64,000 bases of DNA from Hyphomicrobiales bacterium (GTDB taxonomy: Bacteria; Pseudomonadota; Alphaproteobacteria; Rhizobiales; Xanthobacteraceae), in assembly GCA_003140315.1 (NCBI GenBank), contig PLJS01000101.1, positions 4,252-68,251 on the forward strand, in the 5' to 3' direction. A program made the translations under genes and the position numbers. Below the pieces are notes generated by a model that ran no database searches, was not told the origin of the DNA, and saw only the letters and a list, made by a program, of their open reading frames with translations. This document shows, piece after piece, positions 46,939-55,690 of this stretch. Position 1 is the stretch's first letter; each line of letters opens with the position of its first letter.

Positions 46939-47999
46939 CTTGCGTTGAGCACTTCCGCGACCCAGCGATCCACGATGCGCTTGCGGTTATCACCGGCCCA
47001 GCGGTCGTCGATCTCGATGATGTTCGCGGATTTCAATATCGCGGCGAGATCGGGGTCGGGCGCTACCTTCGGGTGGGCGGGCAGAAAGTTAATCTTGGAC
47101 GGCGCGAGCAGCGACTGCATGTCCGGGCTCGTTGCCCAGTCGATCAGTTTCTTGGCGGCAGCACCGTTCTTGTTTCCGTTTACGAGCCCGAGGCATTCCG
47201 CCGCCGAGCCGATCCCTTCCTTCGGGAAGGAGATCTGCACATCGTAACCCTTCTGGCGCGTGAATAGCGCATCGACGATGAAGAAGATGCCGCCAGCCGC
47301 CTGGCCGAGGCCGACCGGCACCGTGCCGCCGCCGCCGCTTTTGGTGTAGGCTTGGATGTTCTGGCGCAGCTTCTTCATGTAAGCGAAACCGGCGTCCTCG
47401 TTGCGGTTGTTGACCTGAAGGATCGAGAAGATGCGCGTCACCGCCGTGCCGGACGTGCGCGCGTCAGCCATTTGCAGCATGCCTTTGTAGGCGGGATTGA
47501 GCAGGTCATCCCAGGACGCCGGGGCCTTTAGATTGTGCTCCTGCAGGAACTTGGTGTTGGTCATGAACACCAGCGGGTCGTCCGCGATCGCGGTCCACAT
47601 GCCCTTCTGGCTCTTGAACCGTGGCGGCAGGTCGGCGGCGCTCGGTGGCGTGTAGGCCTCGAAGATCCCCTGTTCCTCACCTGCGGTGAACGTCTCCACC
47701 GGCCCCCCAAACAGCACGTCCACTTGCGGATTGCCTTTTTCGGCGATGAGCCGCGCCAGTGCCTCGCCGGACGAGAAACGGATGAAATTGACATGAATGC
47801 CGCTCGCCTTCTCGAATGCCTCCAGCATCGGTCGCGCGTAGTTCTCAGGCCAGATCGAATAAGCCTTGAGGGAATCCGCGGCGAGTGCGTTGCGCTGAAC
47901 AAACGGCGAGGCGAGCGCCGACAACAGGATGGTGCGGCGGGTTATTCTCGATGCAAAGGGAGGTTTGTCCACCCGGATTGGCTTTCCCTCCGTCTTCAT
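46935..47999 (-). CDS. periplasmic substrate-binding protein (family 1, Fbp/iron(III)-like)
   Basis: ATG 47999 after GGGAGGA. Tat/Sec-like leader SRITRRTILLSALASPFVQRNALA. Overlaps the permease start by 4 nt. Confidence 0.8.
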   Translation of the reverse strand: MKTEGKPIRVDKPPFASRITRRTILLSALASPFVQRNALAADSLKAYSIWPENYARPMLEAFEKASGIHVNFIRFSSGEALARLIAEKGNPQVDVLFGGPVETFTAGEEQGIFEAYTPPSAADLPPRFKSQKGMWTAIADDPLVFMTNTKFLQEHNLKAPASWDDLLNPAYKGMLQMADARTSGTAVTRIFSILQVNNRNEDAGFAYMKKLRQNIQAYTKSGGGGTVPVGLGQAAGGIFFIVDALFTRQKGYDVQISFPKEGIGSAAECLGLVNGNKNGAAAKKLIDWATSPDMQSLLAPSKINFLPAHPKVAPDPDLAAILKSANIIEIDDRWAGDNRKRIVDRWVAEVLNAS

Positions 48000-48190
48000 G
48001 ATCGATCCTCCCATCGTTTTCTCGCAATTTTGCGAAGTGTGCCATTCTATGGATCGAAACGCACGCCCTCTCCGCCGAGGCTCCTTGGGACGTTGACACG
48101 TAAATTCGCGCGGACGTCGGGACATGGGCGCTCAATGTCGACAATGAATACGATCACGTATAGTGGCAAGGCGACTCAAGAGAGCGACCG

Positions 48191-49096
48191 ATGCCAGTTG
48201 ATTTTCCGCAGATTGGGCTTCGCCTGAAGGCGCATCGGTTAGGGGCGGGATTGTCGCCCGACGAAGCGGCCGACCGTCTTGGTGTGTCTCGCGCCGCTCT
48301 TTACAACTATGAGCGGGGATCCACACCCATCAAAGTCGAGACGTTGGAGCGGATGGCAGAGATACTTGGCGTTTCTCTGCCGTCGCTTCTCGGTGCCGGC
48401 ACGGAGTACTTCTCCACTGCGATCGCGTATTTCGAGCGTCTCAGGCAGCTTGAAGCGCAATCGGAACGAATCACGCTCTTCTATGAGCCGATCACCTTCC
48501 TCCTGACGTCGGAGGATTTCTCGCGCACGCTGCGCATGATGCTGCTCGAAGGATTGCCTGAGACGGTCGCCGACCGGGCGAAGGCCGTCGATGACATCGA
48601 CCGGCTGCTGGTCGTGCTCGAGCAGCGGCGCTCCGTCCTGATGCCGGGCGGTCCGACGATTGCCGGCCTGATCGGATTGACCGAGGTGAGGCGGCTCCTG
48701 CGCACCGGCCTGATCGGGACGTACGCCTTGAAAGACAAGCAGCGGGAGGCTCGGCGACAGCTCGCACGGCAGGAGGTGGAGCGGACGGCCGCATTGATGG
48801 AGCGGGAACCGCTCGGCATGCAGACCGGCGTCATTGATGATACCGTCCCGAACCAGACGTTCGAGATCTGCCGATTGCGCGACCGAACATCGCTTGTCGC
48901 CGTCAGCCCCTTCCGCCTCGGCGAGTTGCCGAACGTGAGGCTCGGCGTGGCGTCGATCACCGCGGCCGCCGACGCGGTCGAGCTCTACGAGCGCCTCGTT
49001 GCGGCGATGTGGCAGCGCGCGGCGAAAGGCGCGGCCGGCGCAGCCTTGTTGCGCCGCGCGATCGCGGAGCTAAAAAAACAGGCACAGCCGAGCTAA
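48191..49096 (+). CDS. XRE-family transcriptional regulator with a long uncharacterised C-terminal domain
   Basis: N-terminal HTH_3 pattern (LKAHRLGAGLSPDEAADRLGVSRAALYNYERGSTPIKVETLERMAEILGVSL), followed by ~230 aa with no motif I recognise. Confidence 0.8.
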   Translation: MPVDFPQIGLRLKAHRLGAGLSPDEAADRLGVSRAALYNYERGSTPIKVETLERMAEILGVSLPSLLGAGTEYFSTAIAYFERLRQLEAQSERITLFYEPITFLLTSEDFSRTLRMMLLEGLPETVADRAKAVDDIDRLLVVLEQRRSVLMPGGPTIAGLIGLTEVRRLLRTGLIGTYALKDKQREARRQLARQEVERTAALMEREPLGMQTGVIDDTVPNQTFEICRLRDRTSLVAVSPFRLGELPNVRLGVASITAAADAVELYERLVAAMWQRAAKGAAGAALLRRAIAELKKQAQPS

Positions 49097-49104
49097 AAAA
49101 CATC

Positions 49105-49120
49105 ATCTAACGATTTAGAT
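49105..49120. promoter_or_regulatory. 6-4-6 palindrome ATCTAA-CGAT-TTAGAT, candidate operator between the XRE regulator gene and the MFS-pyr-like operon
   Basis: A perfect inverted hexamer pair in an AT-rich patch, 9 nt after the regulator stop and about 80 nt before the MFS start. Confidence 0.3.
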
Positions 49121-49201
49121 TTGTCTTTCCATTTGGATTATCCCGTCTTAGCCTCCTTCTCGGCCTCGTCTCCGATGAGACGTTTGCTGAGGGAGGGCGT
49201 C

Positions 49202-50452
49202 ATGGCGCACGGCGTAACGTTAGAACCGACCGCCGATGAGGCCGCCGGACCTCAGACTGTCGATGCAGCCGCGTGGAAAGCCCTTATCGGCTCCGCGCTC
49301 GGCTACGCGATGGACGGTTTCGACCTGCTGATCCTCGGCTTCATGCTGCGCATGATCTCGGCCGATCTCCACCTAACGCCGGCCGAGGGCGCGTCGCTTG
49401 TCACCGCAACGCTGATCGGCGCCGTCATCGGCGGCGTGGTCTTCGGCATGTTGTCCGATCGGCTCGGCCGCGTTCGTGTCCTCACCTGGACGATCGTGCT
49501 GTTCGCGGTGTTTACCGGCATGTGCGCTCTGGCGCAGGGGTATTGGGACCTGCTCGCCTATCGCACTATCGCCGGCGTCGGGCTTGGCGGCGAGTTCGGA
49601 ATCGGCATGGCGCTGGTCGCCGAAGCCTGGCCAGCCTCAAAGCGGGCGCGCGCCTCCTCATATGTCGGTCTCGGCTGGCAACTCGGCGTTCTTGCCGCCG
49701 CTATCCTGACGCCGATCCTGCTCCCGATCATCGGCTGGCGCGGCATGTTCGCGGTCGGCATCTTCCCGGCGGTCGCGGCCTTCTTCATCCGCCAGTCGCT
49801 GCATGAGCCGGAAGTCTTCGTCCAGAAGGTCGAGAAGGCGCCGGAGCACAAGAACTCGCTTGGCCTCCTCGTGAAGGACGCCGAAACGACCAAGCTCAGC
49901 ATCGGCATGATCATTCTCTGTTCGGTGCAGAACTTCGGCTATTACGGCGTGATGATCTGGCTGCCGAATTATCTGGCGAGCCGGTTCGGCTTTGGCCTCA
50001 CCCAATCCGCCGTCTGGACCTCGGTGACGATCGCCGGCATGGCAGTCGGCATCTTCGCCTTCGGCCACATCGCGGACCGCGTCGGTCGCCGCCCGGCCTT
50101 CTTCGGCTACATGCTGATGGCCGGCGTCATGGTCGTGGTCTATTCGCGCCTGACCGATCCGATCGCGCTGCTGATCGCGGGTGCCGTGATGGGCTTTTTC
50201 GTCAACGGCATGCTCGGCGGCTATGGTGCACTGATCAGCGAGCTGTTCCCGACCGCGGCGCGCGCGACGGCGCAGAACGTCCTCTTCAACATCGGTCGTG
50301 CGGTTGGCGGAACGGGGCCGATCGTCGTCGGAGCCGTTGCGGCGGCCCTCGGCTTTGATACCGCGATCGCGCTGCTTGCGTTGCTCTACGGGCTCGACAT
50401 CGTGGCGCTCCTGCTGCTCATCCCGGAACGCCGCGGCGCGACGCTCTCGTGA
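49202..50452 (+). CDS. MFS transporter
   Basis: In-frame ATG 49202 after GGAGGG (an alternative in-frame ATG is at 49175). About 12 hydrophobic segments with MFS motifs LSDRLGRVR and ADRVGRRP. Confidence 0.85.
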   Translation: MAHGVTLEPTADEAAGPQTVDAAAWKALIGSALGYAMDGFDLLILGFMLRMISADLHLTPAEGASLVTATLIGAVIGGVVFGMLSDRLGRVRVLTWTIVLFAVFTGMCALAQGYWDLLAYRTIAGVGLGGEFGIGMALVAEAWPASKRARASSYVGLGWQLGVLAAAILTPILLPIIGWRGMFAVGIFPAVAAFFIRQSLHEPEVFVQKVEKAPEHKNSLGLLVKDAETTKLSIGMIILCSVQNFGYYGVMIWLPNYLASRFGFGLTQSAVWTSVTIAGMAVGIFAFGHIADRVGRRPAFFGYMLMAGVMVVVYSRLTDPIALLIAGAVMGFFVNGMLGGYGALISELFPTAARATAQNVLFNIGRAVGGTGPIVVGAVAAALGFDTAIALLALLYGLDIVALLLLIPERRGATLS

Positions 50453-50482
50453 TCGTCCGCGCTTGCCGGAGGGTTGATCTCG

Positions 50483-51355
50483 ATGCATGCCGAAGAGCCC
50501 GCGATGGGAGGGCACGCTCCGCCTATTCCGGATAGCACGCTCCCTGGCGGCGAATGGTCGGCAGCTATCGCGGCGGAGCTCGCCGAGGTTCTCGCCAACA
50601 CGGCGATCAATACCGAATACCGCCATCTGGTGGTGAAGTGCGGGCGGCCGGCGCTCGACGCGGTGCCGGGACAGTTCTTTCAATTGCTGTGCCCGCAGCC
50701 TGCGGGCGAGCAGCCCTATCTGCGCCGTCCGATGAGCCTGTACGGCGTTGACCCGGACGCCGGCACTGTCGAGTTTCTCTACAAGATTGCGGGCGCGGGC
50801 ACCCGCGGTCTCGCGATGCTGCATCCCGGCGACCGGCTCGACATCATGGGTCCGCTCGGCGTCGGCTTCTCGCTCGATCCGGCCTGGAAGCACATCGTGG
50901 CGGTCGGTCGCGGCGCTGGACTTGCCACGCTCGCGCCGCTCGCCAAGGCGGCGCGCGCCAAAGGCATGCACGTCACCGCAATCTTCAGCGCGCGCCGGCC
51001 GGATCTCGTGCTCTCGGTCGAGCTCTTCCAGAGCCAGGGCGCGACCGTCATTCCGGTCACCGACACCGAGCGCACCAGCGGTCCGGCGCATGTGGAGCGG
51101 CTCCTGCGCGGACTGATCGCCGAGCAGCGCTGCGATGCCTTCTTCACCTGCGGTTCGAGCCGACTGATGCGCGTGCAGCAGCGCCTCGCGACGGAGTTCG
51201 GTCTGCGCGGACAAGTTGCGATGGAGCAGCAGATGGCCTGCGGGATCGGCCTTTGTTTCTGCTGTGTGCGCGATTTCAACGTCAAGGGCGAGATCGTTCA
51301 CCGCCGCGTCTGCTGGGATGGTCCGGTGTTCGACATCCTGGAGGCGATCCCGTGA
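50483..51355 (+). CDS. PyrK-like FAD/NAD-binding, 2Fe-2S electron-transfer subunit (dihydroorotate dehydrogenase B type)
   Basis: In-frame ATG 50483 after GGAGGG. Ferredoxin-reductase-type fold (RRPMSL, GPLG) and a C-terminal cluster motif MACGIGLCFCCV typical of PyrK. Confidence 0.75.
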   Translation: MHAEEPAMGGHAPPIPDSTLPGGEWSAAIAAELAEVLANTAINTEYRHLVVKCGRPALDAVPGQFFQLLCPQPAGEQPYLRRPMSLYGVDPDAGTVEFLYKIAGAGTRGLAMLHPGDRLDIMGPLGVGFSLDPAWKHIVAVGRGAGLATLAPLAKAARAKGMHVTAIFSARRPDLVLSVELFQSQGATVIPVTDTERTSGPAHVERLLRGLIAEQRCDAFFTCGSSRLMRVQQRLATEFGLRGQVAMEQQMACGIGLCFCCVRDFNVKGEIVHRRVCWDGPVFDILEAIP

Positions 51356-51368
51356 TCGGCCGCGCCCC

Positions 51369-52319
51369 GTGACCGATCTTTCGGTGCGCATCGGTTCGCT
51401 GACGCTCGCGAACCCCGTGATGCCCGCCTCCGGCACCTTCGCCGAAGGTCTCGAGCGGGTCATGGATTTCAGCAGACTCGGCGCTTTCGTGACGAAGACG
51501 ATCACGCGCGAGCTGCGCACCGGCAATCCGCTTCCGCGCGTCGTGGAGCGCCCGGGTGGGCTGATCAATGCGATCGGCATCCCATCCAAGGGCGTTCCCT
51601 ATTTCGTCGAGCACACGCTGCCGCACTACGCGCCCTACAGCGTCCCGCTCGTCGTCAGCATCTCGGCGCCGACTGCGGAAGGCTTCGCGAGTCTCGCTGC
51701 GGAGCTCAGCGCTGTGCCCGGCATCGCGGTGATCGAGGCGAACATCTCCTGTCCGAACATCGAAGAGGACGGTAAGGCCTTCGCGATGCGGGCCGGCTCG
51801 ACCGAAGCCGTCGTGCGCGCGCTCCGCGCGGCGACGAAGCTGCCGTTGTGGGTCAAGCTGACGCCGAACACGGGCGACTTGCCTGAAGTCGCAGCGGCCG
51901 CCGAACTCGCCGGCGCGGATGCGCTCGTCGTCGCCAATACGATCCTAGCGATGGCGATTGACCTGAACACATTCCAGCCTTCGCTCGGCAACGTTATGGG
52001 CGGACTTTCCGGGCCCGCCATCAAGCCGATCGTGCTGCGGCAGGTTTATCAATGTGCCCGTGTCGTGAAGCTTCCGATCATCGGCTGCGGCGGGATAGCG
52101 ACCGCCGACGATGCGGCCGAATACATGCTGGCGGGTGCGACCGCAGTGCAGGTCGGCACCGCGACATTCGTGCAGCCGGCCGCCATGATCTCCGTCATCG
52201 ACGGCTTGGCGAAGTTCTGCGAGCGGCGCGACATCGCGCGCGTATCAGACTTGGTCGGCGCGGTACGCAACGAGGAGACCGACGAGGCGGACCTCGAATG
52301 GGTCGCGCCGCCGCAATGA
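51369..52319 (+). CDS. class 1B-type dihydroorotate dehydrogenase catalytic subunit homologue (PyrD-1B/PreA-like, without a ferredoxin domain)
   Basis: In-frame GTG 51369 within ORF 51216..52319. Motifs NPVMPASGTF, EANISCPN (active-site Cys context), PLWVKLTPN and IGCGGI. The stop overlaps the next gene's start (ATGA at 52316-52319). Confidence 0.8.
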   Translation: MTDLSVRIGSLTLANPVMPASGTFAEGLERVMDFSRLGAFVTKTITRELRTGNPLPRVVERPGGLINAIGIPSKGVPYFVEHTLPHYAPYSVPLVVSISAPTAEGFASLAAELSAVPGIAVIEANISCPNIEEDGKAFAMRAGSTEAVVRALRAATKLPLWVKLTPNTGDLPEVAAAAELAGADALVVANTILAMAIDLNTFQPSLGNVMGGLSGPAIKPIVLRQVYQCARVVKLPIIGCGGIATADDAAEYMLAGATAVQVGTATFVQPAAMISVIDGLAKFCERRDIARVSDLVGAVRNEETDEADLEWVAPPQ

Positions 52320-53575
52320 ACGCCGATGCGGACCGGATCCTGTGCGAAGAGCTGTTCGATGCATTGAGGACGGCCACGTTTGACGGCGTCGGCATCACCC
52401 GCGACGCGTACGGGCCGGGCGAATCCCTCGCGCTCGATATCGTCGAGCGCGCCGCCCGCGCGGCCGGCCTCGCGACCGAGCGCGACGCCGGCGCCAATCT
52501 CGTCGCGACGCTCCCCGGAACAGAACCCGCGCTTCCCTTCATCGCCTGCGGATCGCATCTCGATTCCGTGCCGCAGGGCGGCAATTTCGACGGCGGCGCC
52601 GGCGTGGTCGCCGGTCTTGCGATTCTCGCCGGCTTTTTGCGCGAGGGTTTCAGGCCACGACGCACGCTCAAGCTCTATGGTCTGCGCGGTGAGGAAAGCG
52701 CTTACTTCGCCCGCGCCTATGTGGGATCGAGCGCGCTGTTTGGGCAGTTGACGGCCGCCGACCTCGCGAGCCGGCACGCGGTCACTGGACGGTCGCTTGC
52801 GGATTGTATGCGCGACGTCGGTGCCGACGTCGACCGCATCGGCCATGGAGAAGCTCTCCTCGATCCCGCGACGGTCGCCGCCTGGCTGGAACTCCATATC
52901 GAGCAGGGCCCCGTCCTCGTCGCCCGCGACCTGCCGCTCGGGATCGTCACCGGCATCCGCGGCAACGTCCGCCACCGGGTCGTGGAATGCATCGGCGAAG
53001 CGGGGCACTCGGGCGCGGTCCCGCGCTGGCTGCGCCGCGACGCGGTGTTTGCCACGGCCGAGCTCATCACTCATCTTGACCGGCATTGGCGTACACTGCT
53101 CGAACGCGGCCGCGACCTCGTCGTCACATCCGGCATCGTCGGCACCGACCCGGCCGAGCACGCGATCGCGCGTATCCCGGGGATGGTGCGGTTCAGCTTC
53201 GAGGCGCGCAGCCAGAACGTCGAGACGCTGGAGGCGTTCTATGATCTCTTCTTGTCGGAATGCGAGGGAATCGGAGAAGAGCGTGGCGTGACGTTCAAGC
53301 TCGAACGCAGGATCGAATCGGCGCCGGCGACCATGGATCCGACCTGGATCGAGCGGCTGCGCGGCGCCGCCCGCTCGTTGGGCCTGCCGGACGAGACGAT
53401 TCCGAGCGGCGCCGGCCATGACGCCGCGGTGTTCGCCGGAGCCGGCGTGCCGAGCGCGATGGTCTTCGTGCGCAATGAGAATGGCTCGCACAATCCGCAG
53501 GAAGCCATGACTCTCGACGACTTCCTCGCCGGCGTATCGGTGATGCGTGCGGCGATCGCGGAGGCGGCGCAGTGA
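52316..53575 (+). CDS. M20-family Zn amidohydrolase of the hydantoinase/carbamoylase group (N-carbamoyl-L-amino-acid or allantoate amidohydrolase-like)
   Basis: In-frame ATG 52316. Motifs GSHLDSVPQGGNFDG, ELHIEQG, GEAGHSG and SGAGHDA. Confidence 0.85.
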   Translation: MNADADRILCEELFDALRTATFDGVGITRDAYGPGESLALDIVERAARAAGLATERDAGANLVATLPGTEPALPFIACGSHLDSVPQGGNFDGGAGVVAGLAILAGFLREGFRPRRTLKLYGLRGEESAYFARAYVGSSALFGQLTAADLASRHAVTGRSLADCMRDVGADVDRIGHGEALLDPATVAAWLELHIEQGPVLVARDLPLGIVTGIRGNVRHRVVECIGEAGHSGAVPRWLRRDAVFATAELITHLDRHWRTLLERGRDLVVTSGIVGTDPAEHAIARIPGMVRFSFEARSQNVETLEAFYDLFLSECEGIGEERGVTFKLERRIESAPATMDPTWIERLRGAARSLGLPDETIPSGAGHDAAVFAGAGVPSAMVFVRNENGSHNPQEAMTLDDFLAGVSVMRAAIAEAAQ

Positions 53576-54669
53576 GCCTCGATCGGATGTTTGACAGTGC
53601 GGCCGGCGCGGCAGCCAAGACGCAAGGCGATTGCATCACCATCCGTCGCCCGGACGACTGGCACGTCCACCTGCGCGACGGCGACATGCTGCGCAGCGTG
53701 CTCCCGTTCACGGCAGCGCAGTTCGCGCGCGGGATCATCATGCCGAACCTCGTGCCGCCGGTGACGACGCCCGAGATGGCCGCCGCCTATCGGGCGCGTA
53801 TCGTCGCCGCGCTGCCGGAGGGCAGCGACTTTCAGCCGCTGATGACCTGCTATCTGACCGACACCACGTCGCCCGACGCGATCGAGCGCGGCTACGCGGA
53901 AGGCATCTGGGTCGCCGCCAAGCTCTATCCGGCCGGCGCGACCACCAACGCGCACCACGGCGTGACGAGCATCATCGGCATCGCGCCGGTCCTGGAGCGC
54001 ATGGAGCGCATCGGCATGAAGCTCCTCATCCATGGCGAGGCGACCGATCCGTCGGTCGACATCTTCGACCGCGAGGCGGTTTTCATGGAGACCGAACTGC
54101 TGCCGCTGCTTGTTCGCCATCCCGGCCTGAAGGTGGTCGTCGAGCATGCGACGACGGCCGAAACGCTGGACATCGTGCGGGCGAACGCCGTGCGGGCTGC
54201 GGCGACGATCACGCCGCATCACCTCGTCATCAACCGGACGTCGATCTTCCAGGGCGGGCTGCGCCCGCATCTCTACTGCCTGCCCGTCGCCAAGCGCGAG
54301 TGCCATCGCCTCGCGCTGCGCGCTGCCGCGACCTCGGGCGAGGCGTGCTTCTTCATCGGCACCGATACGGCCCCACATCCCCGCCGCAACAAGGAACGCG
54401 AATGCTGCGCCGCCGGCGCATTCGTCGGCGCGAGCGCGCTGCAATGCTACGTCCAGGTCTTCGACGAAGAAGGCGTGCTGGACCGCTTCGAGGCTTTTGC
54501 TTCGCTCAACGGCGCGCGCTTCTACGGGCTCGAAGCGAACTCCGGAACGATCACGCTTCAACGCCGCCCGAGCCATGTGCCGCAAGCCGTGCCGATCGAT
54601 GGCGACGAGGTCGTGGTCTTTCGCGGCGGCGAGATCTTGCCATGGTCGATCGCGGAGGTGCGGGCGTGA
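53572..54669 (+). CDS. pyrC: dihydroorotase, homodimeric class II (E. coli PyrC type)
   Basis: Contains ITIRRPDDWHVHLRDGDML, MPNLVPPVTT, MTCYLTD and AAKLYPAGATTN, which closely resemble E. coli-type PyrC. There are 4-nt overlaps at both ends. Confidence 0.88.
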   Translation: MSLDRMFDSAAGAAAKTQGDCITIRRPDDWHVHLRDGDMLRSVLPFTAAQFARGIIMPNLVPPVTTPEMAAAYRARIVAALPEGSDFQPLMTCYLTDTTSPDAIERGYAEGIWVAAKLYPAGATTNAHHGVTSIIGIAPVLERMERIGMKLLIHGEATDPSVDIFDREAVFMETELLPLLVRHPGLKVVVEHATTAETLDIVRANAVRAAATITPHHLVINRTSIFQGGLRPHLYCLPVAKRECHRLALRAAATSGEACFFIGTDTAPHPRRNKERECCAAGAFVGASALQCYVQVFDEEGVLDRFEAFASLNGARFYGLEANSGTITLQRRPSHVPQAVPIDGDEVVVFRGGEILPWSIAEVRA

Positions 54670-55352
54670 CGACAAAAGACATCGGCGGCACGATCGCACG
54701 GCTGTTGCTCGAAGCGGGAGCCGTCAGGTTCATGCTCGAGCGACCGTTCACGCTGGCGGCCGGATGGGCGAGCCCGGTCTATGTGGATTGCCGCGTGCTG
54801 ATCGGTGATCCTGCGGCGCGCCGCGCCGTCACGGCCTGCGCCGTCGAGGCCGTACGGTCGGCCTTCGCGCCCGGCGAGGTAGCGGTCATCGCCGGCGCGG
54901 AGACCGCCGGCATCCCATACGCCGCGTGGCTTGCGGATGCGCTCGATCTCCCGCTCGCCTATGTGCGCAAGCGCCCGCTCGGCATCGGCCGCAATGCCCA
55001 GGTCGAGGGCGCGGACGTCGACAAGCGCCGCGTCCTTCTAGTCGATGATCTTACGACCGACGGTTCCGGCAAGGTCGCATTCACGCGCGGCCTCCGAATG
55101 GCCGGCGCGGATGTGCGCGACGCCCTCACGATTTTCTATAACGGCGTCTTTCCGGGCGTCGTGGAGCGGCTCCGGACGGAACGCGTGAGCCTTCTATCTT
55201 TGGCGACATGGGACGACATTCTCCGGACCGACGTTGGACAGCGGCTGTCGGCCGAAGACAGGGCCGTACTTCACGAGTTTCGAAACGACCCGATCGCCTG
55301 GTCCACCCGCCACGGCGGACGGAGCCTCGCAGCCACGCGCCGCGCGCGTTGA
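54666..55352 (+). CDS. pyrE: orotate phosphoribosyltransferase
   Basis: In-frame GTG 54666 (overlaps the pyrC stop). PRPP-binding motif VLLVDDLTTDGSGK and an N-terminal ..GAVRF..RPFTLAAGWASPVYVDCR pattern. Confidence 0.85.
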   Translation: MTTKDIGGTIARLLLEAGAVRFMLERPFTLAAGWASPVYVDCRVLIGDPAARRAVTACAVEAVRSAFAPGEVAVIAGAETAGIPYAAWLADALDLPLAYVRKRPLGIGRNAQVEGADVDKRRVLLVDDLTTDGSGKVAFTRGLRMAGADVRDALTIFYNGVFPGVVERLRTERVSLLSLATWDDILRTDVGQRLSAEDRAVLHEFRNDPIAWSTRHGGRSLAATRRAR

Positions 55353-55372
55353 CCGACGAAAAGATGTTCCGA

Positions 55373-55690
55373 TCACCGAACCGAACCACGCAAGAGGTTC
55401 TTCGAGAAAAGACGCTGCATCTGCCCCTTCAACTTCTCGATCTTCTCTTTCAGGCGGCTCGTCTTGGTCTTGAGAGCCTCGGACGGCTCTTGCCGGTCGG
55501 CACTGTCGAGCTGCTGCAGATAGCGCGCGACCCTCTCCTCTATCTGCGCCATGCGGCGCTCCGTCTTCACGCGGGTGAAGCTCTTGTCGCGGTTGTTCAC
55601 CGCCTTGAACTTGCTGCCGTCGATCGCCACGCTGGCTTAGGTGAGCAGGCCCATAGTGCGGCACAGCGCAACGAACCGGGCGCTGACCCG
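55373..55690 (-). mobile_element. internal fragment of an IS1182-family (IS5-like) transposase gene, decayed
   Basis: The translation ..VAIDGSKFKAVNNRDKSFTRVKTERRMAQIEERVARYLQQLDSADRQEP.. is typical of IS1182 transposases. There is an in-frame TAA at 55637-55639. Both the N- and C-terminal parts are missing. Confidence 0.65.

Noticed and set aside
48022-48035. Palindrome TCGCAA-TT-TTGCGA in the leader of the Fbp-like SBP gene
   Set aside because: It is a short 6-2-6 repeat that could arise by chance. It does not match the Irr ICE motif (TTTAGAA-N3-TTCTAAA) or a Fur box as I remember them.
49658-51589. 643-aa ORF antisense to the MFS, PyrK-like and PyrD-like genes
   Set aside because: It is a shadow ORF spanning three well-supported sense genes, with low-complexity Arg-rich translation.
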